Below are positions 49,024-62,800 of a stretch of 64,000 bases of DNA, piece after piece. Made by a program: the position numbers and the translations under genes. This DNA comes from Camelus ferus. Its lineage: Eukaryota. The notes beneath the pieces are model-generated. The model had not been told where the DNA came from, ran no database searches, and saw only the letters and a program-made list of their open reading frames with translations. Positions within the stretch are counted from its first letter, which is position 1. Each line of letters starts with the position of its first letter. The stretch is taken from positions 2,668,001 to 2,732,000 of the forward strand of contig NC_045698.1 in NCBI RefSeq assembly GCF_009834535.1, read 5' to 3'.

Positions 49024-49339
49024 CATGCATAATGGACTCTTTGATAAACTCATATTTCACAAGGACATGTGGAAAAGATTAAAGGCGGGTTTTTGCACAA
49101 AGAACAATGAGAAAGTTAAAATCACATCCTTTAAACATTTTGACAGGAAAGCGAATGCTTAGAATGACCTGGAGCTTTCAAAATTGATAAAGACAAAACT
49201 CAGCTTCTCAGTCCATATTTTAAATCATACAAAGAAGAGCAGGGGAGATCTGGACACACTGCTGGGAATAGACGCCCTGAAAACAGAACTTCCCCAAACT
49301 TCTTTCTTCATAGTGACCTACAGGAAACATTACTCTTTA

Positions 49340-49900
49340 AGTGTGTATTTGAAATATTTAACCTCTTGCAATTCAATGATAATGAAACAATCTAATGAAA
49401 TTGGGCAAAAGATTATAGTGGACACTTTGCATAAGAAGATACAAAAATGTTCGCTGAGCACGTGGAAGAGTGCTCAACCTCATCAATCAACAGGGAAAAG
49501 CAAATTAAATTACTACATCCATCGGAATGGCCAATTTTTTTTTTTAATGATAATGCCAAATGTTTCTGAGGATGTGGAGCAACTGGAACTTTTTTATATT
49601 GCTGGTAGAGATGTAAAAAAGCACAAACACTTTATAAAATGTTTGCCAGTTTCTTTTAAAATTAAGTATACAGTGATGCGATGGTTCAACAATTCTAACC
49701 TTAGGTATTTACTCAAAAGAAATAAAAACATGTCCACAAAATACATATACAAGAAAGTTCATGGCAGTTTTAATCATCATAGCAAAAAATTAGAGACAGG
49801 CAAGGGGTTCATTGACAGGAGAGTGGCTCAACAGTGAGGGGCCAGCAATGGAGTATTACAGAGCAATGAGCAGGGCCGAGCTTCTGATACAGGCAATGAA
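49340..49900 (+). mobile_element. Old L1M (L1MC/MD-like) ORF2 3' fragment
   Basis: ttgggcaaaagat...gagtgctcaacctcatcaatc.acagggaaa.gcaaattaaa...gaggatgtggagcaactggaact...ttaggtatttactcaaaagaaataaaaaca...aatggagtattac. ORF 49184..49837 is a frame-shifted read-through of it (EDVEQLEL motif). Confidence 0.85.
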
Positions 49901-50648
49901 TGCGGTGGGAAATGAAAATGTCCATTAAAAATCTGCTGAAAGGTAGTTTTAATGGAAATGGTGAGTAAAAACTTGATGATTAAGGTGAAATATAAAGGTT
50001 TGCCTCAGTAAGTGCAACCAGTCTTACAAGGAGGTGGATTTCAGCATGAATGCGAGTCCTCAGGTGGGCGGAGAGGTGGCGCCCTTCGTGATTCTACCCC
50101 GAGCACCTGCTGACCCGGGTCTGACCACCAGGTAGGGACAGAGGAGGGGATTTTTCACAGACAGGTCATCTGATTAACCCAATCCAAATGAGGTGATTAG
50201 CGTACAGACTGCCGTGCATTGGCTACGTTAAGACAAATGCTATTTGTCTATTCTAATTTTTCAACAAATATTTGAGCATCATGACATATCTTCTTTGATG
50301 AGAAATGTTTGCATTTGTTTTCTGCACAACAAATCATTTTTAAGTTACCAATATGAGAAAATAAATGAGCCATTTTGCATTGTTTCAAGCCATCCAGGTA
50401 CTTTATTTTAAGTTGTGGCCACGTCCACTTCGAAGGAAGGATCCTCACTGCAGTGATGCAGCTTTTGGAATTACTGTTTCATTAAGAAGGGTCTTCACAC
50501 CATCCAGCGGACAGATTCTGCCCCATGCCACACAGCGGGGTCCCTCGACTTGTGGTCCCACCATTTTCTTTTAAAGATGTTCCCAGGAGGGAGCATCCCG
50601 ATGCTGGGGCCCTGAGCTGGTACCCAGTTCCGACAGAGGAGTCTGAAG

Positions 50649-50795
50649 AAGTGTTTCTCAGTGAGGCGACTCCCTCCACCGTGATGCCAGGGGGCACTGG
50701 GACCGTCAGGGACATCCGGTCGTCAGGACTGGGAGGCGGCGTCTGGGGGCAGAGTCCCGAGACGCTGCTCAATGTGCGACAGCGTCCACAGTCCT
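50649..50795 (+). mobile_element. MER20 hAT-Charlie MITE, partial
   Basis: agtgtttctca...ccagggggcactggg...gacatccggtcgtcaggactggga...ggcgtctgggggcagag...gacgctgctcaa follows MER20. Confidence 0.7.
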
Positions 50796-51789
50796 CTGCG
50801 GTCTGTGTGTCAGCTCATCACCTTACTGATTGAAATGCTTCTGTAACTGTGACAAGGAAAAGCCAGTGTTCCCAGAGCCTGTGTAAAGGCTGTTTTCTGA
50901 AACACACGTGATGCGTCCGTGTGTGGACAGCTGTGTGCGCGTGCTTTCCTGAATCTTGACCTTTGGTGCTGACCCCGCCTCTCTGCCATCCCTCTGAGTG
51001 GTCTTCCTTTTGGACCAACTCAAAGAATTGTTTTTTCCTTTGGGGCTTTGGTGAAAACCTTGCTTTTTAAGATTCTGTGCATTTCCCCCTTCACATTTAT
51101 TTCTGTTGTGATTATTTTTCATAACTAACTCCCTTATGAATGTTACCTTTTGGGCAAAATGGGGAAGGAGACCCTTTTGAAGAGCACCGCCACTAGAATG
51201 TGATGTGGCCGAGATGAATTATACGGATGTCTGCTTATGCACTTGCATCAATCTTACATGTGTGTACATACACAAACGTACACACACATTCATGCACACA
51301 CGTATCCTTAAAACCCTAACTTACACATTTAAAAATATACTTTCTTTCTATTTGAAAGATGCGTCACTAGAAGAAATGGCTCAGCCATCTAGCTGGAGTT
51401 CAAAGTATTTGAGGAAATGCTTTCAGGATCTCAAATCAGTGGCAAGAATTTCTGGTGAAACACTGACGAGTGTCCAGGGTCAGCTACCATGAGAAAGATG
51501 GACAAGTAATCTCCATCTGGGTGAAAAACATGATGTGTGTTTTATCAAGAGAGCCAAGAGGAAAGTGGTGGAGCCTGTCCTGCGTGTGTGCTGCCCGGTG
51601 ATGCTGGGTGAGAATTCACTCCGTCTCGCTCCCACACCCAAAGGGCAGGTGTCTTGTCGGTCCTTTGTGATGGGAACTGTGCCTGGGAGGGGCACTGGCT
51701 GGCGGCGCCCGCTTCCGCTCAGCTCCACACTTTAACAGATTCCAAGTTTGCTCTCAAGTCTAAGAGCTGGAAGCGCTCACAGCCTCGAA

Positions 51790-51865
51790 TTCCTGGGGTT
51801 TACAGACAAGAGACTCAAAGTGCTATGGAAGGACTTGGCTTGCCCCAGGACCACCGCGAGGGAGC
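51790..51865 (-). mobile_element. MIR core fragment
   Basis: tttacagacaagagactcaaag...ggcttgccccaggaccac. Confidence 0.5.
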
Positions 51866-54800
51866 AACCGACTGTGCTCTACACCCAGAATGGCTGGACT
51901 TTCTCTGCACTAGCCAGGGAGGAAAAGGTTTGTTTTTCCTCCAGCAAGGTAAGATTTCAGTTGTTATCATCTTCCTCCCACAGCCCAGTCTTCAAAAACC
52001 AGCCTAAGCCTCACCCCGGCGTGGAGAATCCCCGTCCGCTCTGGTGTGACCTGGTCTCTTTTCTCTGAATTCCTGTAACATTATTTGATTGTTTAGTTGA
52101 TCATACATGTTTATTCTGAGTGCCATCTTTCCCAAAACATCCTGGCGAAAGGATTCTTCAGCTTCTTTAATCCTCACTGTAACTTCTAGATGCATCGACA
52201 ATAAAAAAGACCATAAACATAACAATCCACAACTGTACATAAATGCGTACGTAAGCCTTTCATTTAAGATCTCAGTAATGGCCTTCTGAAGTTTTTGGTT
52301 ATTCACTTACTTAAAGCAGACATTTACTAACCTAGATTTGTGACCAAAATAGTTGTTTTTTTCCTGAAAAATTCTAGTGATGATTGATGAATTGTATCCA
52401 CTTGTCTCTCTAGTTCACCTGCCAGTATCTCAGCCTCTGCAGACCTTTCTTTGGAACAGCCTCTCTCGCTCTCTGAAGACAATCTCCCTTTTCATGGTGA
52501 ACTCTGTTTCTTATCGATATTTGTGTCATTCTGTGCATGTGATGGACTTCCCTTTGTAAGAGGGAGGACTCATCATAGACATCGGCAAGACCCCAGACTT
52601 TCTCTGCGTTCAGTATGTGTATAGGATGTGTAAGAGGTGGCTTTGTACATTTTGAGAAACTACCTCCCAAGTTTAAATTTATTGCTAACAAGCCCACCAC
52701 TAAAGCCACCCCGCACACCCACAGGCATCTAATGAAGCCCGGTACAGTGCTGAATCTCATCAGAGCGATTTGACAAGTTACAAAAATCTTACACAAAATC
52801 GAAGCCTAAAAGGCAACAGTTGGAATGGATTTTCATCAAGTAGGGGTTTTAGAATTAAGCATAGAGACTATTCGTATATTGGTGTTATACAATAATACAT
52901 AAAGGAAGCGATATTTTATAGAGTCAATGAGAAAACCAGTCGACCATAAAATGAAAAAAACAGCTGTGCGTTCTCGTTGACAAAGGCCAAGAATCTAGAA
53001 GAAGAGAAGGAGCCACTCAGAAAAACCTGCACAGAATTCAAGGTGCATTAACAATAAAGCACTGAAAACACAATTAATGTTATCACCACACTCAGCTGAC
53101 TCTCAAATAACATTCATTTATCCCACTAGTTGAACATCGGTGTTTTAGGATGACTCAAAATCACCACCATAGGAAACATGCAGGTTGATAACTCACAGCC
53201 AGAACTGAGGACCATTAAAATGGGTAAAACCAACCAACAAACAAGAAGATGGAAACGCCGTGTACCAAGAACACCGGAAGTCGCCCACAAGCACGTTTTG
53301 CTGAAAACTCTTACACGCCGTGGGACACACACAGACACCCGTGGTCTGTGCGGAGAACACGCATGAGCAGGAGGAGGCCCGTTAGGGAGGGAGGCGGAGT
53401 TACTGCTAACATCGCGAGAGCATCAACGAAGCCTGCTTTGCAGAAAGCACCTCCCCTACCTCCCCGACAGGGCTTTCCTTCGAGAAAACCAAGACCCAGA
53501 CGTGCCCAGGACCACACAGCCAGCAAAGCGCGAGGGGCCTGAACACGGCCCTCACTCCAGGGAGCCCTCCCCAGGCTCCACAGCCACCGCCCTCCCGGGG
53601 GAGCTGTCACCTGAGATCCTGGGATGAGCTTCTGTGTTCTGTTTCACTTTTTCTTTTCTTTTTTGTCTATTAATTCAAAGATATAATCAACTTGATAAAT
53701 ACAGAACATTGACTTTGTAGGCGTTAGCACTGTTGATTTTATTCGCCGGGCAAGCCTTCCATTTCTGCACGGTGGCCTGCTACCACATTCGTGCAGTTAC
53801 TGGACTTGGAGTTTCTGAGCTGGGCACCTGTCCCTGCCGCCCCCGTGGTTTACTGGGAGCTCACCTCCGAGCCGGGGGTGAGCCACCCTGCTGAGGAGCC
53901 CGCATACCTTGCCCGAGGCCCTGCTCCTGCAGACTTGCAGTCACAGGGGCCATCACAAGGTGCAGTGACAGTCCCATCACCACCACGGCCTGTGGGCTGG
54001 CCCTCCCACCGCTTAGAGGTTAGCCATAAATAAACATCCTGTAAAAACGTTTGAGAGACGTATAAAATCTTAGCTTATGTGATTTCATTGATGGGATAAT
54101 TGAGGGCAGGGCACATAGAAATACTTGAAAGTCTGAGTGATCCTCTTGGAATATTTATACTGATTAAACAAACCAGATAACTTAAGAATTCCTTCTATAT
54201 TTCATATTTTTATATACAATCTAATTTCTTAAGATGCATAAAAGTCTGCTTATTGTGACAATGATATTGTGAGTTGAAAAAGGGTATTTGATGATAAGAA
54301 ATGTTTGTAATAGCTTAGTCAATAGTTTGTTGAAAGTCAAAGATTAATGGTACGTTTTAAAAAGAATTGGCTTGAACTTAGAAATGCATCTTTGTCAAAT
54401 AGCCAGCCCAGAGGATGGTCTGGGAACGTCCTGGGGAAATCACACGCAGTGGTACATGGTACAGCCCTCCCTGACGAGAGCGGGAGACTTGCTCTCTGCT
54501 GAGCAAAGAGGAGCCTTGGCGTGGAAACCAATTAAAAAGAAAAGAAAGCTTTCAAGCCCAAAAATGTTTAGTCTAGGTACTAATGTTCAGGCTCCACCGT
54601 GCCCAAGCAGATGTGTCTCCTCCGAGTGAATAAATCTTGGTAATGGCCCTCCCACCAGCCGCCAGGGCCCAGGCTGTGAGACCCTCTTTAATTTACAGGG
54701 AGAAGCAACCGTCCTTTCACGTTTGCACATGACGTCACGGCGAGGCGGACACAAACGCGGGATGGAGAGGAAACCCCGGCGGTGCGGCCGTGAGTGGATC

Positions 54801-55289
54801 CTGCACCCCTTGGCCAGGCGTCGCCAGGAGCAGGTGTCCTGTGGGTACCAGCCATGGGGACCACGCTGCCCATTTTGCTAACCAGTTCGGGGTCACAGGC
54901 ACACCTCTGCCCTTCGGTTTCCTTCTTGCTGTGGCCCTGGAGTTGTGTCTCACTGGTTCAGGGAAGACAGATCAATTGCTAGAGGGTGGTGAAATGCCAG
55001 AGGCTGTTATGGACTGTCATTTGCTTGTTCTGTAACAAACAGTCTACAATACACTGTTTATAAACCACCTCGGGTACCACACAGATCCAAAACATTTCCT
55101 TTTCTGAAACAAATTTTTGATGCATGGGCTTCACACCGCAATCTGGGTTTTCTTTTCAACAAAGCAAATAAGAATGCACTCTGAATTTTAGTCAGTCTTG
55201 TCTTGTCTACTACACTGAGATAAAGTATTCAAGTGTGGAATAAACACCGAAAGGTGGATGCCTCTTGGAGGGGAAGGGAATGGAAATCC

Positions 55290-55430
55290 ACGAGTGAATG
55301 AATGATTCCACAGGTGTTTGTCAAGTGCCAGTTGTGGGCCAGACACGGGGCTGCTGCCCACAGCCAAGCCTTCTCTCTGAGGACATGCTCGGCAATTATA
55401 ACACAGCACGGTGAGGCCGGGATGCAGACA
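55290..55430 (-). mobile_element. L2 3'-end fragment
   Basis: attccacaggtgtttgtcaagtgccagttgtgggccagacac resembles attcaacaaatatttattgagcacctactatgtgccaggcac. Confidence 0.5.
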
Positions 55431-55467
55431 CGCCCCTGTCAGCACCCAATGGGGCACATGGGGAACG

Positions 55468-55670
55468 TGAGCTCTGGAGAAATGTGACATCAAACCCAGG
55501 CTCTGCCGTCTGCTAGCCGTGTGACTCTGGCCAAGTGACACACTCAGTTTTCTCATCTATATATTGAGAACAATAATAGAACATTTGTGGGGCTTCAGTG
55601 GGGGGAAAGCAGGAGAATGTAGGGCTTCCCAGCACAGTACCTGCATCATGAGAATCACAGACATTTATCC
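55468..55670 (+). mobile_element. MIR SINE
   Basis: gctctggag...caaacccaggctctgcc..ctgctagccgtgtgactctggccaagtgac...ctcagttttctcatctata...cagcacagtacctg. Confidence 0.8.
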
Positions 55671-56229
55671 GCATCCTGACCCGGGAGAAGGGTGGGGAGA
55701 GAGAAGGGAGAATTCCTAAACAAGTTGGGGCCTGAGTTGTACCCTAAAAGGAGAGCAGGAGTCAGCCAGTGGCGGGGGGGGGGTGGTTGGTGAGGGGCAG
55801 GAGGAGGAGGAAAGCCGGGCTCGAGTCTCCTTTAGGATGGATGGGCCCACGGAACTCCATCACTGCCCCGGCTGGCGGGGCTGAGAGGGGGCGGGGGCTG
55901 TGTGAGGACCTCACCTGCCCACACGCGCTCCCCGCCGCCCTGCGGAGCCCACGCGGTGACAGACAAGATAGACGCCCCCTTGGCAGCATCAGTACCGTCA
56001 AGTCATTTAAGGAGATGCTTTTACTTCCAAGGTCTGTTAGCTCAGAATAAATGTTAACAGTAAACGCCCATCACGAACCCAATAATACCTTAAGATACGC
56101 TGGTAATTAACTGCCAAAGTGTCTCTTGGTAGCATTCACGTTGCGTGTTTTATAAAGGGCGAGGCAGCATGCTTTCACACGGGGTCACGTGTCTCTTGGA
56201 ATAACATGAAGTTCCCCAAAGGAGCTGCC

Positions 56230-56470
56230 TTGGAGACACAGAAGTGAGGAGGGGTTTTGAACAGAAGAGCGTTGCACCACAGGATTTGTGTTTTAGATGA
56301 ATGGCCCTGGCTGCTGTGCGGGCTGATGTGAAGATGGGCGCTTCAGTTAGCAGGTCACCCGGGGGGCTTTTGCACCCATGCGGCGGAGGGCGGAGGGTGC
56401 CTGCAGACCGTCACGGCGGCAGAGCTCGCAGGAGTGGAAGTGTGTGGGGAGTGTTTGGAGGTGACACATG
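56230..56470 (-). mobile_element. L2 internal fragment
   Basis: ggggttttgaacagaagag...gatttgtgttttaga...ccctggctgctgtg...cagttagcagg. Confidence 0.6.
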
Positions 56471-56559
56471 ACACCTCCGGCCTCATCACGGCACCCTCCT
56501 GCCTGAAGGCTTCACTGTGCTCTAGTCTGGGAACCAGACTGCAGACTCCTGGGGATGCA

Positions 56560-56850
56560 GGCATCTCTCAAATGCCACCCTCTCCCCTCGGGGGAGGTTT
56601 TCCAGGGTCCCCAACTGACGCTGTCACTCTGGCCCCCCCCCGACCCCCAGTCCTTATTGGGTTTCCCCGCTGGCCCCTGTCCTGTTTCTGGGACAGTCTA
56701 CATGTGACTGGCTCACTCTGTCACTCGCCTGCCCGGCCACCTCCGCGCCCCGGCTGGGGTCATCTCCCTGTCTTATTCATAGTTGTTCTGGGCTGAGCTG
56801 AATTTCACATGCTGATGCCCTAACGCTCAGCAGCACAGAATGCGACTGGA
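56560..56850 (+). mobile_element. L2 3' fragment
   Basis: ctcaaatgccacc...ggaggttttcc...ctgtcttattcatagttgttct resembles the L2 3' region. Confidence 0.5.
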
Positions 56851-59800
56851 TTATACTATCATGAAAGAGAAAAGCTTGTTTTTCCGCATTTATACAGATT
56901 ATTCTGACTTGGAAAAAGAAAAAAATAAGGCACATTTTAAAAACATAATAACCCCCAAAATTTAATGAGGCGATTATGTTTTTTTTATAAAAAGTGGCAC
57001 AGCTATCAAATGCATGCACAATCATACACATTTGTGTATTTTTTGTCACTTTACGCTAATACATTTGAATTTATTTCATTTCTAAACAATCTCAAATGTA
57101 TCTTTTTCGACCACCAGCAATGCATTTCCTTTACTTCTCAGAGCCAAAAATATCTTATAAAATCAGTTCCAATGAAATACATTAAATGTATATAAAGTGA
57201 CTCAAAATTTCTGTGTAAACTACACGTATACCAGGAGATGAGTGTCAGAGCGTCTCACGCACAAAGCAGGGGTCAGTTGTTATTGCTGAATAAATAAAGG
57301 ATGCAGACAATTCACGTGAGACAAGGTGCAGAAAGCAAACAGTCAGAAAAGGGGTATCATTCCTAAACTCAAAGAAACCCACAGAAAATTAAGAATATTA
57401 AATTAACCAAACACAGGAAAGCATTTAAAATAAGTAAGTGTCAATACCGTCTTGCTAAAATAAGAATCTATCCACACACATACACCTGTAAAATTCTGGT
57501 AAAGTGATGGCTCCGGGCGCACAGCGTTTGGCTGGTGTTGGTGTAGAGCGTGGCCACCCCTCGGCTGATGCTTCATTTCCACCCGCTTCCTGGTGGCACC
57601 GCTGTTCCTCTGGGGGAACCGCCTCCCTCCAGCTGCGGCTGGAGCCAGTGGGTGAGTAGTCATGGGCTCTGGTCTCCCTGCAGTGGGGGAAAGAGCAGCG
57701 CCCCCCCTTCCTTCTCCAGGAGCGTGGGATGGGCTTGCTGGCACACGGGCAAGTCAGGTGAAGGCGGAGTGAACAGCGACTGCCCAGCTACTTCTGTCCG
57801 GGGAGAAGCTGCGTCTCAGCTCTCCAGCATCCTGCGTGTCCTCCACCCCCCACCCCGATTTTCTAGCCCCCAGAGGTCATCTGAATCTCCAAAACCTGTC
57901 CAATAAATGTGCTTTGCTTAATTACCCACGACCAACGGTTTCCGTTCAAGAAATCCAGCCAATAAATACAGGTGAAGAGCTGTAAACATGCCTGTCGCTT
58001 GAAAATAAGCTACTCCCACGAGTTTCTGTAAACGCGTTGTTTCTTTGTCTTAAAACACAGTTTCCTGGTGCCCACGTCCTCCTCCAAGGTCTTGGGAACT
58101 AGAAGTAGATGCCCCCTCAGCTTATCGGTGATCTCACGATGGACGTTTAAATCTCCTTGGAGTGAGTGATTACACTCGGAAGCTTTATTTTCCAGGACGA
58201 GGGGGTGGGTCTGTGCAGGAGCTGCTCCTTTGAAGGCTGTCGGTCCATCCATCACTCTCGCCCTCCCAAAGCATGCTGTGTTATTACCACTTTGCTGCAG
58301 TCGTCCCTGCTCTCAGTCCAGGACCCTCCCAGACCACCCGACTATTCTCAGGCATCGGAACTCCAGGGTTATGAATTACAGAACCACACCATACATCAGC
58401 TTGCGGGGAAAGATGGCGTGTGTGGTGGGGGAGGCACATTTCCAGTCCCAGATAACTAGGAGATCCCAAGTCGGAATCGGCCTGGTAACAGCATGAGTTG
58501 AAGTCCCAACAGGGACATGTGACCTGGCCCTTTTCCTACCCCACCTCCAGCTCTGTGCTTCATGCACACGCCTGCCTGTCCCGCAGCAGCTCCGCACACG
58601 GCTGCACGGTGGCCCGTCTCAGAAGGATGCCTTCACCAGGGGAAGGGAATTATAATGATGAAGACAGTGAGCTCAAAAGTTGGCAGTTAATACTTTGTGC
58701 AAAGGGACCGTAAGGGATTTCTTTTCTTTTTTAAATTACTTAAGCATCATAAAATAATTTTAGCTTTTAAGAAAAATCTAGTTTGATTTGACTGTTCCCA
58801 CCATGAATTTGGAGAGAACTCTTCATTATTTGCTGAAACTTTTGGTCCCACTTTATGAAAATACTTTCTATACTAGAGCAATATTAGAAGAAAGGGATTT
58901 GCTTTTTTCATCTTCTGCTTTTTTTTTCTTTTGTTCTGTTTCGTCTGTGTGAAAAGAAAGAATCCTGTGCTGTACAACAACCAAGTTTTTTTTTTTTTTC
59001 AATCCTTAGGCTTTCAAGACACTCAATAAAAGTTATCTTTTCATTAAATAACACACTTTCCCCTGCAGGAAATAAAAAAATAAATAAATAAGGTGGTGTC
59101 CTGAAACAGTTTTGGTCTGGATATTTATTCTCTCTGCCCCTCCGGGGACAAAGACTTTCTCAACAGGGAATCACTGTTGTGTGATACGTCAAGGCCGCCA
59201 GCACATCCAGGATCTTTTAAATGATGCCGTGAGTCTGGATGGGGCTGTTTGGACTGGAGACTGGCACCCGATCGATGAGGGACCCACGCTGGGGTGTGCG
59301 GTGGCGCAGCGGGAGGGGCCACAGCATGGGCACCGAGCAGGCTGTGATTCTGAGCGCGGCTCGGGTGCTCTGCCAGGCAGCCTCACACGCCGGGATGTAA
59401 GGTGCGACCTGACTGCCCTCTGATTTTGAAAAATGCCAGAAGTCTGTGTACAGGCCGAGCATGTCTCTGAACAGCACGGGTTTCAGCAGCTTAACAGGTC
59501 CCAGCAGCAGCGAGAAAGGATGGGAGGCTGCACTCAGCATCAGCCCAGCGGAGGGCCCCACGGGGAGCACCAGTGCGTCGGGGCCGACGCTCTGCAGAGG
59601 CGGGCAAGGTCAGGCTTCCAAGTACCGTCTACCCCTTGGAAAGGAATCACTGTTTTGTGGTGGGGGCTGTGATTGACTTAAAAAACAACAAAAAATACAC
59701 CTAGATGTTACTTTGTAAGGCATTCCCTTAATTGGAAGTGCTGTATTTTATGCACGTCTGAGGGTTTATGATGAAATCTTTGTGGAGAGCATCGAAAATG

Positions 59801-62800
59801 ACTGCTTTGTTGGGTGCTGGGGAATCTGCAGACACTCGGGACAAAGCTCCAGGGAGAAACTCTTGTTCCCCGGTCAGTGTATCTTTATATGTTTTGTAAA
59901 GAAGAACCATGCTAGACCTAACTGGTTGATAGGATACATATTGTCGCAGCTTAGTTAAGTTCTTCATAAGCTGAAAGAATAAAATCAATAAAAGCCTTTT
60001 GGAAGAACAAGGACCATTTTCTTAGGGGAATGCAGTTCAGCCACTCTGAAGCCAGCAGGCATAACAAAGCTCCCTTCTCTCCGTTAGTCCTCCTCTGGGC
60101 GCTATCATCCTATTTTAAAAGCTTTTGAATCAGAGAAGGGCCGCGGGCCCTTGGGAGTCAGGAGTGTGGCGGTGGCTCTGGGGCAGAGCTCGCCCTCCCC
60201 TGCGCTCATCCCTGAGGCCGGACGCTGTGGCCATCACAGGATAAGTGGGTCTGAAGAGACTCACCCAAAACATTCAATTCAATTTTTTTCTTGGCCTCTC
60301 AGCAGTCAGGGTGTCCTGAATGACATTCAAACACATGAATGTGACAGAGACGGGGGGCCCTGTTCCCCAGGATGTCTTTGGACCAGCATCTGGAAAGGAC
60401 AGTCGAGTCCGTGGTGGAAATGATGCCGGGAAATTCGGAAAGCGGTGGGGGCACTCAGCCCCGGCTGCAGGCGTCAGGCGGGAGGCAGCCGCGGTCCAGC
60501 GCGTGGGGTGCTGCCCTCCCTGACGTGGTGTCCATGTCCCCCCGAGCTCAAAAGGAAAAGAAAGAAGAGAAGAGTGCATGGCTTTCTCAGAGAGACAGCT
60601 CCACCTGACGAAAATGTGTTGCAGACCCTGTTGGTCGGGGGGACTGAATTGGGGGCAGGCTGTTTTTGATGGCAAAAGCAGGGGGCAGATTTGGGAGTCT
60701 GAGCCCATGTTAATGGGCTGTTGTCATCTCAATGGGTTGACTTTTTTGAGGCCGAGAATTGTAAGGAACTACCATGGCGTCTGGGACCTCCCTGGCTCAG
60801 CCCTGCACCTGGAGACAACCTTTTCCGTGCCCTGACCCAGTCTCCACTGCAAACGCCCATCTCCCACCTCCTCCGGCAGCCACGCCCCCTCCAAATAAAA
60901 CAAGAAAGGAAAAGGTGCCTGGGGTGGGGGGGGGGGGAACGCATGTTTAAATCCCCTAAAGGGATGGGTTTCGGAGAGGAGGTCCTACAAGAGGAGCCAG
61001 GCTTGGGCGAGCGCCCTGGGCCCCGCTCCCATTGCTGGGGTTCGCTGACCTTTAGTCTGGGCCGATCACCGACTTCTGTGGTTCATCCAACACCGAAAAT
61101 GTTATTAGGACTGACTTTTTTCTCCATTTCCTCCAAATCCAAGTGAGTAATTGGAATCGGCCCTACTGTTCTTAGACCTCGGTGGGGAGGGCAGCCCAGA
61201 GCCCATCTGTTGTGGAAATTTTTGAAAGACACGGAGGATACATTATTCTTAGCCAAAGGATTTCTCTTGGAATTTGAAATTGTTCTCCGTCTTTCATCCT
61301 TTCTCCCCTCGGCCTCCCGGTCCCCATGTTGCGAGCAGATGCCCACGACACGCACAGGGCCTGTTTCCTCTTGGCTTCAGGTTGGGGCCCATGGCTCGCT
61401 TCAGTTGCTCGTGGAATTCCTTCGTAATGAGACTCCAACCCACTTTCTATATGAAAATAAAGTGGCGATCGGTAGGTGGTTCTTTAGTTGTTTAACTATT
61501 GATACGTAGATGGAAGTAGAGAGAGGGATGACATAAACATTGCAGGCACAAACATCTGGATGTTTCTGAGCGAGAACTCAGCCACCCCAGACCAGTCGTA
61601 GCTGAGAGCTGGTGTTTATGTCCACAGCTCCCCGTGACGGCGAGGAGGCAGCCAGTGCGTGAGGCTGGCATGAGGAAGTCCTCGCTCTCGCCCATCAACT
61701 TCACTGCCTTCCTTTCTTTACCTTTTAGGTTTGATTCTAAATTGTAATAAGGCAACTTAGGTGTTACGAGTTCATTTGATGACACATGGAAGCACGAATT
61801 CTGATAATAAATTTCCTGTAGTGGGACTATTTCATAACGCATAGGGTATCATATACAGTAGGATAGAAATGATGATTATTTATAATTTAAGTGTTACGAT
61901 AGGACAAGAGTATTTTATAGGTATTAGTGAGCATCATTAGAGATTTTTTACCTTCTATTTCCAAAAAACTTTGGTGATGTTATTTATGTTGTTATAACCA
62001 CTGTAGAAGATTCCGTATATAAATATAACCCTCATTCTTTGACCAGATGGTCTTTTGAACTGAATAAAACTGTTTTCCCTGTTAGTGACGAAAGTTTTCA
62101 ATGCTAAAACTCTATTTTATGCACAATACCTTCCGATTCATATGGCAGGAACGTGAGCTCAGACAGTATTGATGATCCTGATTATCTTGACTCTTGACCT
62201 AACGGAAAACTTGGAAGCTATGAATGCACCAACGCCATTTGTGACTCACCTATTGCTCTGGAGTTGGACAGTGCACACCATCACCGGCAGCAAGCCGTGG
62301 CTGGAGAAGTCACCGACATTTTCCCTCCCTTGTCTTTCAGCCCAATAACCACGTATGGAATTCCTACCAGCCGTCAGGTTCCATGACAAAGTCCCAGCAA
62401 GACCAGGGGCTTGCTTCCTCCGCCTGGACACATGCTCCAGGGTCCTCTCTCTCCTCCTCCTCACTCCCCCACAGCCACCCAGCTCCAGAGAGTCCCTCAT
62501 GTCGCTCGTGGTCACCTTTTCCCAGGACCATCTCAGTGTCTCTTAGCCTCACTGATGTGGTTTGGTTTAAAGAGAACTTCTCAGATCAGCAGTTACACCT
62601 GACAAGGTTGGCAGAAAGTAGACACAACTACTGTCCGTGATCAAAACCAACTTGTCATGAGTTGAAAACATGCCGTTAGGTTTCTTCTGTGTGAATGTTC
62701 CACAGACAAAGTCCTTCACTCAGCTGTGTGCACAGGAGCATTTGTCATGACCGAAAACATTTCAAAACAGATGAGAAATCACTTTGCAGGAACGGCTTCG

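Noticed and set aside
49184..49837. 217-aa ORF
   Set aside because: Chance read-through of a decayed L1 ORF2 fragment with frame changes.
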